DNA of 54,798 nucleotides from contig MU271484.1 of NCBI GenBank assembly GCA_021432655.1, positions 1 to 54,798 on the forward strand. Direction: 5' to 3'. Position numbers and translations under genes: made by a program. The stretch is from Atractiella rhizophila (lineage: Eukaryota). Below are positions 34,430 through 45,948 of this stretch, in pieces; positions within the stretch are counted from its first letter, which is position 1, and the number at the start of each line of letters is the position of its first letter. Below the pieces are notes generated by a model. The model ran no database searches, was not told the origin of the DNA, and saw only the letters and a list, made by a program, of their open reading frames with translations.

Positions 34430-37400
34430 ATGAACATGTTCAAATCAACCTTTCAACCTGCCCCCGCTCCTGCAGCCAACATCAACTCTATCAACGGTTT
34501 CGCGTCCTCTGCATCTTCCGCTCCGCGTCAAGAGGATCCGTTCTATGCCACCTCCTTCCTCGATGAACCCATTTGCGAACCCAACGCACCCCTCTTACGA
34601 TTAGCACTCAAGTCGCGTGCAGAGAACAAGCCACAGAACCTTATACCCCTCGAAGATTTTGTCACACCACAACCAGGAAGGGTTTTTCGAAGAACTGATG
34701 GAGAAGTCATTGGGGGGATGCCTCCAGACACTCCTTTGAGGGGGTATGGAAGTAGTATGAAGCTCCTTCGTCTCGTCTGCGCTTTCTGATGAATGTTACA
34801 GCGATGGAGGAGATAGACGAGGAGGAGGAGGAGGAAGCATTCGAACTCTCCACCTTTATTGAGGAATATCAACAGGAGTTCAACGTGGAAGAGTATCAAG
34901 AAGAGTTTAACGAGGAGTCTTATTTCGATCTGTCCGCTCCAGCGGACGAAGATGATGAATCCTTTGGCAGGTCGATGGATCTCGACCAAACGCCTCCTGT
35001 CGCTTCCACCTCAATCTTACCTCCAGACCTGCACGCGCCACGCGCCACCATGAGCGCCGCGAAACAAGCTCACACAGTCCATGCGTCCACGTCCCCTCCC
35101 TCTCCTGCACGACTATCTAAACGGTCTACTCCTGTGCCGATGGCCAAAGCAACTGACTCTTCGCCTAAGAACCGAAGGACGAGCTCTCCGTCTCCGACAG
35201 AGAGTGTACGTTCCGGTTCTGGCTCTGGAGAGTCGGGAGGAGACTTAGGCGACTTTTCACAGGTTTTTCAATACCTCAATCAGGAGAAGGAGAAGTCGTT
35301 GGCATTCCAAGCGGAGCTCAGTGGGAGCGGAAGCGACAAGAAGAGTCCTGGTGGGACGATTGGGGGAGAGAGTGCGAGTAGTTCGTCGAGGAAGTCAACT
35401 TCGACTACTACGACGAGGCACAAGAAGAAGAATCGGAGGAGTAGAAGCCAGGATGACTATGTCGGTGCGAGCACAGACACTGATTTTCTTCCACCGACAC
35501 GAACCATTCTCAAGAGCCAATCACGCCCGTCGCTTCGTCGACAAGTTCTCAGCACTCCTGGACAACCTATCCGGGGGAGCGGAACGCCAGACAGTCCGTT
35601 CGATCTCGTCACTCCCCCTCCGAAGGCACGGAGGCGATCGAGATTGAGCAAGGAGCTGGGCAGTGTGCAGGAGAAACGGGTGGATTGGCTCAGTGGGGAC
35701 TTTTCGATGGCTGAAGGAGAGGATGAACATCGTTCGAGCCTGGAAAGGAGTTGGGCTCCTCTCCCTCCTTCCTTGCCCAAGACGTCGCCAGCGAAACCTC
35801 CAGCGCCTTCGCCTTTGAGAGGTCCCTTAATCGACTTGACGGGAGACTCCGATGCGGACGTCTCCATGGAAGCCGATGATTCTTTCTCTAGGAGGAAGGA
35901 ACCAGAGAAGGGAACAGAGGATGATAATGCGGAGCAAGACATGGACATTTCGCTTGATGATCGAGCAGCGATGGACGCCTCACCTCATTCGACGAACGTA
36001 GACCTTTCTCTTCAACCACCTTTTCCTCCGATCCAACCCACTCCCGCCCATTTTCCACAACAACCGTTCCGACCCCTTTCTCTTCTCACAATTTCAGTAT
36101 CAGCTTCCAGACTCCACTCACAACGCCAGATGTTTCTGGACGCGAACCCATCACGACCGCGGATTCATATGCCGCTTTTCCTGCTCCAGTCAAGCATCCT
36201 GGAATTGTACGAAAGAAGGAACCGGAGAAGATGTCAGAAGTAGAAGCCCATGCGATGTACTTACTCGACATGGGAATGGAAGTCTTGGACGTAGCGAAGG
36301 AACTGATGAAGCTTGGAATCAAGGACTTGAATAGGGCTGGTGTCGACTTAGCGGCTTTGGATGAAAAGGTACGGGAGAGTAAGAGGCAAAAGTCTCTGGT
36401 GGATATAAATTCTAGCGAGAAGAGTACGAGCAAGAAAGGAGGGCGTGCTGCTGATACCATTGTCATTCCCGATTCCCCACCTGCCGAACAGGCCAGCTTG
36501 AAGATTCAACGGATTGGATACCAGGAAACTGCGTTAGGAATCACCGCACAGCCTCAGCCTGCGAGTAAGGAGAAGGAGAAGGCGAAAGAGACTGTGATAA
36601 CAGTTCGAAGAAACGACGACGCGGACGAGCTTCGGGACAAGTTTCCTCTCCCTCCTTCTGAGAAGATCAAATTCATCCTTCAGCGAGTGAAGCAACAGTT
36701 CCCGCAAGACTTTAGAAGGATGAAGAATTACATGGTGATGTTCGACGTCCCGAAACATGTTGCGAGGAAGGAAAGAGAACGGTCTAAGCAGTTTCATCAA
36801 GGCTTGATTCGTCTCACTGGACCGAAAGAAATGCCAACGGGGCCGCCAAACGAACACGCCGTAAAGGGATTATGGACGAGTCGAACGAAGGGGTTTTTGA
36901 ACATAGAGCAGGAGAAGAAGGTTAGGGAGTTGTTGAGGGCAGGGCATAAGTTGGACAGCGACGAAGTACGGGAGGTATCAACGATGGAAGAACAAGATCA
37001 TATCGAAATCTTCATCGACAACTCTAACATCTACCTCTCCTTCCTAAAGTATATCAAGTTTGCAGAGCGTGCAGCCGGAAGGTCAGTATTCTCGGACCAG
37101 GCCAGGGCACAGGGGGAGTTCATGGGACGGCGGCCGAAGCTGGATTACGCCATGTTGTTTAGCATCCTCGAAAGAGGACGCAAAGCAAGGGCAAAGTACA
37201 TTGTTGGCAGTTCTCCGCTCCCACAATCCCTCGAGGTTGCAGTCGAATGGGTCAGTCCTACAGTGACTTACAGTCTTGAACTCAACGTCGTTTAGGGTTA
37301 CGAAGTTTCTCTTTTACAGCGCGTGCGACAGGCGGTGAACCTTCCGGATGACGATATTCTCGATCCAAGCCGCCGACGTCGTGGAGTGAAGCGTCTTCGA

Positions 37401-37787
37401 ACTCGCCAAACTTCAGGTGGAGTCCGTTATACTGAACAGGTGCTCTTCTGCCCTCCTCTTTCTTTTCCCTCGTTAACCAGGGTGGGATCCTAGGGTGTTG
37501 ACGAAATCCTGCGAATGAAGTTACTGGAATCTTTAGCCGTTGAACGTTCTCCAAACGCTAAAGTGACCATCGTTCTCGTCTCGGGCGATGGTGCAGCATC
37601 CGACTTCAGCGACGAGGGATTCATGACACCCATACGCGCGGCACTCAAGAAGGGATGGAACGTTGAGATTGTAGCTTTTGGAATGTGCACGAGCGCGGCT
37701 TGGTTTGATAAGAAGGTCACAAAGCTGGGCACAGGCACGCTCAATATTATTGAGATGGAGGATTGGGCCGAAGCTTTGATCTCTTAA
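34430..37787 (+). CDS. NYN/LabA-DUF88 (PIN-like) ribonuclease domain protein with very long low-complexity N-terminus
   Basis: C-terminal IFIDNSNI, ILERGR, VGSSP, GYEVSLLQRV, EQ|GVDEIL, IVLVSGDG...SDF, ALKKGWNVEIVAF motifs. One base apparently missing near 35960. Confidence 0.8.
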
Positions 37788-38066
37788 TGGGTAGATGTAT
37801 ATTTGCTACGCATCTGTTTTGGCACAAGAGCATAAGGAAACAACATGTCGTATACCCTGCAATGGATGGATGCCCGAGTTGTGGTCACCCAGCTGGAAAA
37901 CCGCAAGAACAGAGCTTTTGTAATTGCACCAAGTTAGGAAAGACAGGGAGGGTAGACATCAAATCCAGAGGCATTAAAGTGATTGTGTTCAGAAGAGGTC
38001 ACGAATACTTACTTGGAAGAAAGAAAACGTCCATAATATAATATCAGGGAAGAACGGTCCATCAGG

Positions 38067-40547
38067 TTAGTTATGTGAAGTATTGCTCCAATCCGCTAGG
38101 TTAATAGTGGAGGAAGGGGTAACGAAGGCGGAAGCATCCATACCATCCCACTGAGGATTGAACAAAACTTGAATGGTTGCAGAGCCGGCAGGTAACTCGA
38201 TGCAAAGGACGGTGGTGGGATCATTAGGTTGGTCTTGATTTCCATCACCTGCTGGAAGTGCAGGATCGGTTGAATATCTAGTGGCAGGAAGCTGACTGAA
38301 AGTGCCATCAGCCGTCTGGATCTGCACGGTCATCTTCTTGCCTCCAAGCTCGAGTGTGGCCGTCTTTTTGTCGTCGCTGAACGACATTGTGGCATTGGTG
38401 TGCGCTCGCCATTGAATAGTTCTGATATCCAACCGATCAGAGCTCGCCCAGCAAGTCAAAGTGCAAGAGCGTACCCATTAGCATTCTGAATTTCGTCCCT
38501 GATGATGGCTTGCTTGCGTCCGTTGATGTATCTGAAACCTCTTCGAACAGTGGCGCCAGAATAGTACGACGACAGATCCATCCAATACCAGGCTGTGGAA
38601 GTGGACGGGAGAGTAGCGTCTAGCTTGACTTCACTACCGCTCGTGCTGGTATATTGGGATTCATCAGTCGATCCGTAGTTGGCGGGTGATGTTCCAGTGA
38701 CAAGTTGGTTCACCTCGTCGATGACTGGATGAAAATGTTAGCCTTCCTCTCAAGTGCGAACGACGCAAAATCCGTACCGATAGTGTTCTGTCCTTCCGTT
38801 CTCTTCCTGTAGTAGAGCCATCGATTTGAATTCTGACCCTCTCCTCCAAAGTAGCCCTGAGAAAGATAATTTCCACTTCCAAGCTCACCAAACCACCTCT
38901 GTCCAATGGCTTCCATAACAAAGTCACCGGCATCGAGATCTCCGTGCTGTGTAGCAGATTAGACCTTTGTAAACTTTAGATTGAAAAGAGGGGAAATGTA
39001 CATTTTGGTGATCTACCAGTTTCCCCTAGTTCCTCGTCATTAGCTCTGCTAGACACTCAGGATCGAAACTTACTCCTTTCATTGCAATGTAAAAACCCAT
39101 CCGTATCAGTCCAGCTTGAACGCGTAGACACCCAAGTGTGGTTCTCATGAGGGAAGTAATGGTCAAGTGGGAGGTCGCGAGGCCAGGCTCCAGTCACTGT
39201 AGCATCATANNNNNNNNNNNNNNNNNNNNNNNNNNNNNNNNNNNNNNNNNNNNNNNNNNNNNNNNNNNNNNNNNNNNNNNNNNNNNNNNNNNNNNNNNNN
39301 NNNNNNNNNNNNNNNNNNNNNNNNNNNNNNNNNNNNNNNNNNNNNNNNNNNNNNNNNNNNNNNNNNNNNNNNNNNNNNNNNNNNNNNCCAACGCACCATT
39401 CCAGTGTTTCCAGAGATGTACATGTGGAACAATCCAGTGAGGTTGACATAAGGATTCAAGTCCCACAGTCCTTGCACGCTTCCAGTAGCGGTTTCCAAAT
39501 TGGAAGCCATCTCTACCATGGTTGACGTTCCGAAATACCAGTACGCAGCCTAACATTCCAATGAATATTCGTTTAATTTTCGGAGGAAACAGAGGGAAGA
39601 CGTACAGTTTCAGACCAAGTTCCATCGGTGGATACACCAAAGGCACAGTTGCTGGCAGCGTTGGGAATCGAGTTCTGGAGGACGGTTTGAGAAGCACCAG
39701 TCGGGTCATCTCCAGAAATGGCGATGGCTAGATGGTGTTCCCCGTTAAGGGCGACTCTCCTATTCAAGCGACAGGAGAGAGGAACTTACCTCCAGCGATG
39801 ACACCTCCGTTGCAGACGCAGTTCCAATTGCCGTTCACCCCAGTATTGTACCACCAACTGTGACTCGTATCTGCTCCACTATAGACATTCAACGCCTTGT
39901 CTAGACCGAGAGTGATGATCGACCACATGATGTCTGTTTTCTGTTGAGCGCTCCAGTAGTCGTAGAACCAGTCATAAGCGATGGCAAAAGCGAGCTACGA
40001 TCCGTGAGGCATCAGTTGCCGGAGGTAAAGTGGCGAAAGAGAAATGACGAACGGTGAATTCTCCAACATCCAACCAATGCTGAGTATTCCAGTTATCGGG
40101 TGAAGTACCAAACGGAACAGAGGAATCATTGCCAGATGCGACCTTCCCAGAAAGAAATAAACTCATTAGACCATACATCTCAGGGGAAAGGATAACACAT
40201 ACCAAGATCTCCTGCCAGGTCCTCTCAGCCCACTTCTTATCTCCCGTCATCTTATAAGCCCATCCCCAATGCTTGATCCTAACCTGAACCTGCCTAGCGA
40301 CATCAAGCACACCGCTGCCAGCGAGGCCACCATCGATGTCATACGGCACAGGATCCATATTCGCAAACTTTGTAGCATTAGCAATGATAGTTTCGTTCCA
40401 TCCGGCGAGGTAAGCGTCGCTCGCGATGAGTCCCTTGACACACTCCCAACGGGTACTGTCCGCAATCAATCGGGGATGGTCAGGACGAACGGAGGGAGGT
40501 AGAGTGCCGGTGGTGGGCGTGAATCCGCTGGGAAGCGTGAAGGCGGC
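38067..40547 (-). CDS. Heparinase II/III-like polysaccharide lyase (chondroitin AC/alginate lyase-like toroid); 5' end lost in N gap
   Basis: HPRLI, SGVLDVARQVQVRIK, NWNTQHWLDVGEFT, NGNWNCVCNGG, DGTWSET, RSSWTD, HGDLDAGDFV, RWLYYRKRTEGQNT, RRGFRYIN, IQWRAHTNA. Confidence 0.85.
39210..39387. other. Assembly gap (N run) inside the lyase gene
   Basis: Run of Ns. Confidence 0.99.
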
Positions 40548-40768
40548 NNNNNNNNNNNNNNNNNNNNNNNNNNNNNNNNNNNNNNNNNNNNNNNNNNNNN
40601 NNNNNNNNNNNNNNNNNNNNNNNNNNNNNNNNNNNNNNNNNNNNNNNNNNNNNNNNNNNNNNNNNNNNNNNNNNNNNNNNNNNNNNNNNNNNNNNNNNNN
40701 NNNNNNNNNNNNNNNNNNNNNNNNNNNNNNNNNNNNNNNNNNNNNNNNNNNNNNNNNNNNNNNNNNNN
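40548..40768. other. Assembly gap (N run) removing the lyase 5' end
   Basis: Run of Ns. Confidence 0.99.
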
Positions 40769-40994
40769 GTTGTAACCTACGAGCGCTTGGTGTTTGACTT
40801 ATACGTAAGAGAGTTGTTTAGATTTTCTAACATTATTGCTGTATCATGTTACTTCTTTGTCATTCCTCCAGTGCGCTGAGTTATAATAACTCCTCTTGTC
40901 CGGTGACCGGTAGCTTTGTCTTGTTCTCTCTCTCTCGACTTCACGACTTCCAGTTTAAATTCCTCTGGAGAAAATAGCGTTCTCCAAACACACG

Positions 40995-41345
40995 TGTAAC
41001 GAAACATGGGATTGAACGAGGAAAATCCGAACTACATTCCTTTGTGTGGACACTTAACTAGTCTCTGCAAACAATCGGAAGCAATATCGTGGCGGGTCCA
41101 TGGAGATTCCAGTATAAATGACGGCTATAGTAACGCTTGAAAGCAAACTGACCCGTGCAGCAGCCAAGGAGCCTGCAACCCTCGGTTTGTTTTTGTTGGT
41201 TGGGGGAGCAGTAAAAACGTTGCAGCAAGGAAGGAAAGGGAAGCTAACGATGATTAGAAGGGTCCTGAAGTAAAGAGCGAACCCGTTCATTTTATTGACG
41301 TTTTTACATAGCGAGTCTGCACGTTGTCGCAGGTTACTCGTTACA
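40995..41345. mobile_element. Candidate solo LTR (351 bp)
   Basis: Begins TGTAACGA and ends TCGTTACA (8-bp perfect terminal inverted repeat, TG...CA); internal TATAAA; flanks ACACG/GCATG differ by two transitions. Confidence 0.35.
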
Positions 41346-43031
41346 GCATGCAGGAAGGAAAGGAAACAAGGTCTTTGTGCTGAAAGAGTGTTGCAAATGC
41401 AAATGAACCTATGCGTCCTGATAGTTCTGAACTTGAGCCTCGTGTCAAAGCGGTTGTGCGGCTTTCTTCCGTTGAAGCGTGTCCCAGTTAGCTTGGAGAG
41501 CATGCCGGTTCCGAAGGCAAGAGGGGGTTGTTCTTCCCGCCTAAAGAGCCGTTCTTTACCCAAGCCACCCCGTAGGGCGAGCAGTAGGAGTAGTAGCAGC
41601 CGCGACACGAACCTCCTCACAACCCCTGCTTTCTATCGCCTCCAAGCTTGTTCTCGTCGTCGTCACCCTCGTTACCATCGTTGCCACCGAGAAGCTCGCC
41701 TTCAGGACCCTCACCCTGATGAAGGTCACCGGAGCCTTCACCCTCGTCCTTGTTGAAGCAGGGACAGCATTCAGAGGATAAGAATAACAGGATAAACTCG
41801 TCAACCCAATATGTGAAATACACCAGCAGCGGAGACAAGAATCGCTAACTAAGGAAAGTTTGCTCTCCCGAAGTACTCGGACTCGGAAATCCGTCCTCCT
41901 CTTTAGGAAAGTAGGACATCGGGTATCCTCGACCAACGCGTTCCTGGAAGAAAAACCGCCTCAAGGTTTATATTGTCTAAGGAACAAAATAAACCAGGGG
42001 GATGCGTGGAGGGTACCGCTCAAGGCGATGATAAAAGACCTGAAACATAGAGTCACGTTTTTGAGGTGTCCTGGACTTTGAGGAATGGGTGAATAGGTAG
42101 TCAGGGATTTGGTGTAACGCGACTACAAGAAGCTGGCAAGGCTCCTGATAGTGGCGGGAGTTCGAAATAAGATAATCTAAAACATGAGTTTGCATAGTAT
42201 AAGAACAATAGCATAAGATATAAGTATAAGCGAGACAAACATACCTAAAACACTCGAAGAGTCTTTGGAGCTGGGGACAGCAGAGAAGGCTTTGGCAAAG
42301 CCCTAAAATAGCATGGACTAAGTAAGCAGAGAAGAGGGTCAAAAAGAAGAGTACAGACCCTCTTCGAGTGTTTTAGAAACGAGGGGTATGTCGAACTCGC
42401 AGAGAAGAGAAAGGAAACCTTCAAAGCGTGCTTGAATGAGCACAGCGTAACTAATGAGAGAAGGTACTCACCTCACACACAGCACTAGCTATACCTCAGT
42501 ACAGGCAAGCTCAACGTGATGGTGGTTGTGTGTGAGGGAAAGAAAGGGGTCACGGAAGCAACACTGCGATGAAAAGAGAAGTGACTCATAAGGTACGAAG
42601 AATGCTCATTTATGTTATTCGTATTACATTTGGTGTGACTGAAAAGTTGAGAAGTGATGCCAATGTCAGCAGACCTAATAATCGTTTCAGCCTTCCCATG
42701 ATTAAATGCTGTAGTTTCTCCTTTGATTTGAAGAAGTTTGTGTTGCCATGGTCGTTGACTTCGGTGATTCTTAAATTGGGTTCAAGCCGACTATCCCTTA
42801 TTATTGCAATCCATTCTTGATCAATCGATTGATCCCTCACATTCGAGTGCACATGCACAGCTCTCGTGACCCCAGTCAACTTTACCTGGCACTTTCTAGC
42901 GCCACCTTAAACTTCTGAATGCATTTATTCTCTCCCGACTCACGGCAGCACGTTTGTTGTCTGGTATATTCGCCTTATTGTAAGAGGGATTTTATAGCAA
43001 GGTATAGGGGAACAAAAGAAAAGATTGAAAC

Positions 43032-44420
43032 TCATTCTGATTTCGTGAACCATCTCCAACTCAGTTCGCTCATCGTGTCTTTCTCCTCCTCCTGCTCATC
43101 ATCCATCTTGAACTGGTATGTCCACCATTTAGCCGAGCTCAAATGATCTAACCTATAAATCTTGACCACCAATCCCAAGCCAGCCGCCTCCGCGTCAATC
43201 CCTTTCAAGTACTCGCCAGCTTGGCGATATGTAGGATACAACTTAAGAGTTTGGAGGTTCGAAAGCCTTGACATTCGCGTACGAAGATGCGACAGGACGG
43301 ATCGAGGCTGCATTGATGGGAGCAGAGATATACCTAAGATTCGGAGTGATGGGGGGAGAGATTTGACGAGGAGATCCGGCGGGGTGTGTTCGATTTTGAC
43401 AATCAACTCTTCCAAGAACGGAGAACCTGTTACTCCTTCGATCAAAGGAGATACGTTTGGTACTTGTCTATCCAGGTCTGAAATCGCGGCATAGAGCCAA
43501 TTATGCTCCAATCTCATGAAACGCAGATATCCACAGCGGCGAAGCGCCGATCCTAAATCATCGATTTGAGCTTGGTTGAAAGAGAAGTAACCAGTTAAGG
43601 TAAGGCTTGTAAGGGTATCGCAGGAGCCGAAGAGCAATGGATAAATTAGCGCCAGGTCGGTTCCTCCTTGCACAAAAAGTTTGCTGAGTCCAGAGGCGTG
43701 GGGAAGGAGTATTGGTGCCGTGGTCAGTATGTGAACTGGGTGTCCAGAAATCCTAAGAACCCGCAGATATGGAAATGTAGCGAGTTCCACTTTTTCATTA
43801 TAAGCAGATGGCGAGGATAGATCGAGGGCGACATGGCCTGCAGGCCATTGAACGTTGGTTCTCGCCAGAAAAAGATCCATCTTCTCCACCCTCAGAATCG
43901 AAACGTTTTCCTGCAAAACACGGATAAAAGAGGCGGAAACGGCCCTTTCGCTCCTTTCCGTAAGGTGTGCCACGTTGGAACAAACCATCGAATCGCTCAC
44001 AACGACCTCTTTAAGGCCCTTCAACTGCCCCAATAATCTCTCGAGTCTGCGTGCATATCTGCCAGCGGAATGTCCGCACTGTCCAAAATATGTTAAATCT
44101 AGATGTGTGACAAATAATCCTTTAGAAGGATACCGATTGAAGTGGTGATAAAGCATGACGGATTGCTTCAGAGACCGAAGGCGGATTGAACGGTAAAGAG
44201 CCCGTTCAGCAGATGCGCGCCAAAAGAGGCAGACATGAGCGAGAGAAGCAAGGGCGTCCTTAGGAAGATGTAAGAATATTTGAAACAAAATTTCTGGAGG
44301 CAGGACACTGTTGCGTCCATCGGCGGTGACTTCGAGCTCGTCAGCCCTTATTCGACGTGGAGGACGCAATGGCGATGTAAAATACGGCAGAATGTGAATT
44401 ACTACCTGTCGCCTACACAA
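43032..44420 (-). CDS. F-box protein with LRR/RNI-like C-terminus (may extend 5' to ATG 44711)
   Basis: LPPEILFQIFLHLPKDALASLAHVCLFWRASAERALYRSIRL F-box followed by LxxLxL repeats in a 462-codon ORF. Confidence 0.8.
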   Translation of the reverse strand: MCRRQVVIHILPYFTSPLRPPRRIRADELEVTADGRNSVLPPEILFQIFLHLPKDALASLAHVCLFWRASAERALYRSIRLRSLKQSVMLYHHFNRYPSKGLFVTHLDLTYFGQCGHSAGRYARRLERLLGQLKGLKEVVVSDSMVCSNVAHLTERSERAVSASFIRVLQENVSILRVEKMDLFLARTNVQWPAGHVALDLSSPSAYNEKVELATFPYLRVLRISGHPVHILTTAPILLPHASGLSKLFVQGGTDLALIYPLLFGSCDTLTSLTLTGYFSFNQAQIDDLGSALRRCGYLRFMRLEHNWLYAAISDLDRQVPNVSPLIEGVTGSPFLEELIVKIEHTPPDLLVKSLPPSLRILGISLLPSMQPRSVLSHLRTRMSRLSNLQTLKLYPTYRQAGEYLKGIDAEAAGLGLVVKIYRLDHLSSAKWWTYQFKMDDEQEEEKDTMSELSWRWFTKSE

Positions 44421-44812
44421 GCGATAGCATCTCTACCCCATGGTGAGAGCCCATCAAGAGTTGCACTACGAGGGAAACAGAGAAAGACCCACATTCAAGA
44501 GCCGTTTGCTGACTTTGAAAGGACGAGAGAGGAGCAGCGCCACCACAAAGCCGGATATTATGGTCCATAAAAATTTATCGATGACATTAGGATCAATCCT
44601 CTTCTTCACCATGAAATCCATATCGTGCGTGAAATTAGCCAATGGCTGTAGCAGATGTAGCCAAAGCGAGGAAGGAGGAAGGGCTAGAAAAGCTCGAAAT
44701 AATCCAGGCATAGGCTAACAAAGTTTCAAGATTCATAAATATTCCATCATCTCCAAAGAACCTCGTAGAAGATAGAGTGTGTGATGGACAGTATGTTGAC
44801 AGGACGAAGTGA

Positions 44813-44856
44813 TAAATGTCCGACGTTTATTGTCCTGAGTAAACGTCGGACATTTA
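44813..44856. repeat. Perfect 17-bp inverted repeat with 10-nt loop
   Basis: TAAATGTCCGACGTTTA (44813-44829) and TAAACGTCGGACATTTA (44840-44856). Confidence 0.95.
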
Positions 44857-45086
44857 ACTGTATGAATTTGCAACATGACACGTATCCGTTGATGTTTCCA
44901 CACAGTTTACCGAGTTTTTGTTCTCGTGGGCTGTGCTGAGATGTGGAGTAGATATTCTCTAGGCGTTACAACTTGTTTCCACTTTCGAACTGCTCCAGCC
45001 AGCTCTGCCACATTTGGTAATCGTCGACGCTGGCAACGACTGCGAGGGTCTGAGAGCCTGATACCAACTCATTGCTTCTCTCGTCG

Positions 45087-45143
45087 GCAGCACATAAATA
45101 CAATAAGATACTCTAAAGTGCAGCCGCCACCTCCAAATCGCCC
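45087..45143 (-). repeat. Diverged copy of the AIM6-like gene's last codons and 3' flank
   Basis: GCAGCACATAAATACAATAAGATACTCTAAAGTGCAGCCGCCACCTCCAAATCG closely matches 45923-45976. Confidence 0.85.
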
Positions 45144-45948
45144 TTTTCACCAATCTCTTACGAGCTTCACGAGCAAACCAACCTGACAAGAACCGATAGA
45201 TGAGGACGAAGGAGAAGGAGGCGTGGGCGAAAGGCAAATGGACGAAGGCGGAGGAGAACAAACGGACGAAGGAGGACGAGACAAAGGAGAGGAAGACGAA
45301 GGACTGGGGTGGAAGGAAGAGAATTGGTGTTGAAATCCGCATCTGGCTGCTCATGCTCCTGTTGTCGAGCGATGGATCGGATTCGAACCCATCCTCTGCC
45401 CCTTGTCCCTCTCCTTCTGCGACGATATCGCAGGCTGGATTCCATTGACACTTGAGCGACTGATCCGATCCCACTCAGAGTCTCCTGACCATCCGACGAT
45501 TCCATATTCAGGGCCGCATCCCGCCTTCCCACTCCAGCGATGAAAATCGTACAAGATAGTTGCGCATGAGGAAGTTTGAAGGTTCAGAAAACCGCAAAAT
45601 TATTATCGACCTAGGCTAATGAAGCTATGAGCTTCGAGCCAGGTGCCAGTCGAGTGTTAAATTAGAACGTCTGTGTTTCAAGCATGATCAAATTGATCAA
45701 TGATCTCTGTGTAAAGAAATAGAGGTCGCATATTTAATGCGTTCATGTCACACGCGCAAAAGACCTAGTGAGAGTTTTGATCACAAATAATTTTCCGCAC
45801 AACACATTCACTCTATTTGAAGCTCGCAAGTATGTTCTGCGCGGTGAGCACTGCCCTTCGTCATGAACAATGATAACGTTGATAACCGTGACTCTGGCAC
45901 CCATCAATCATTTCTTTCGCTAGCAGCATATAAATACAATAAGATACT

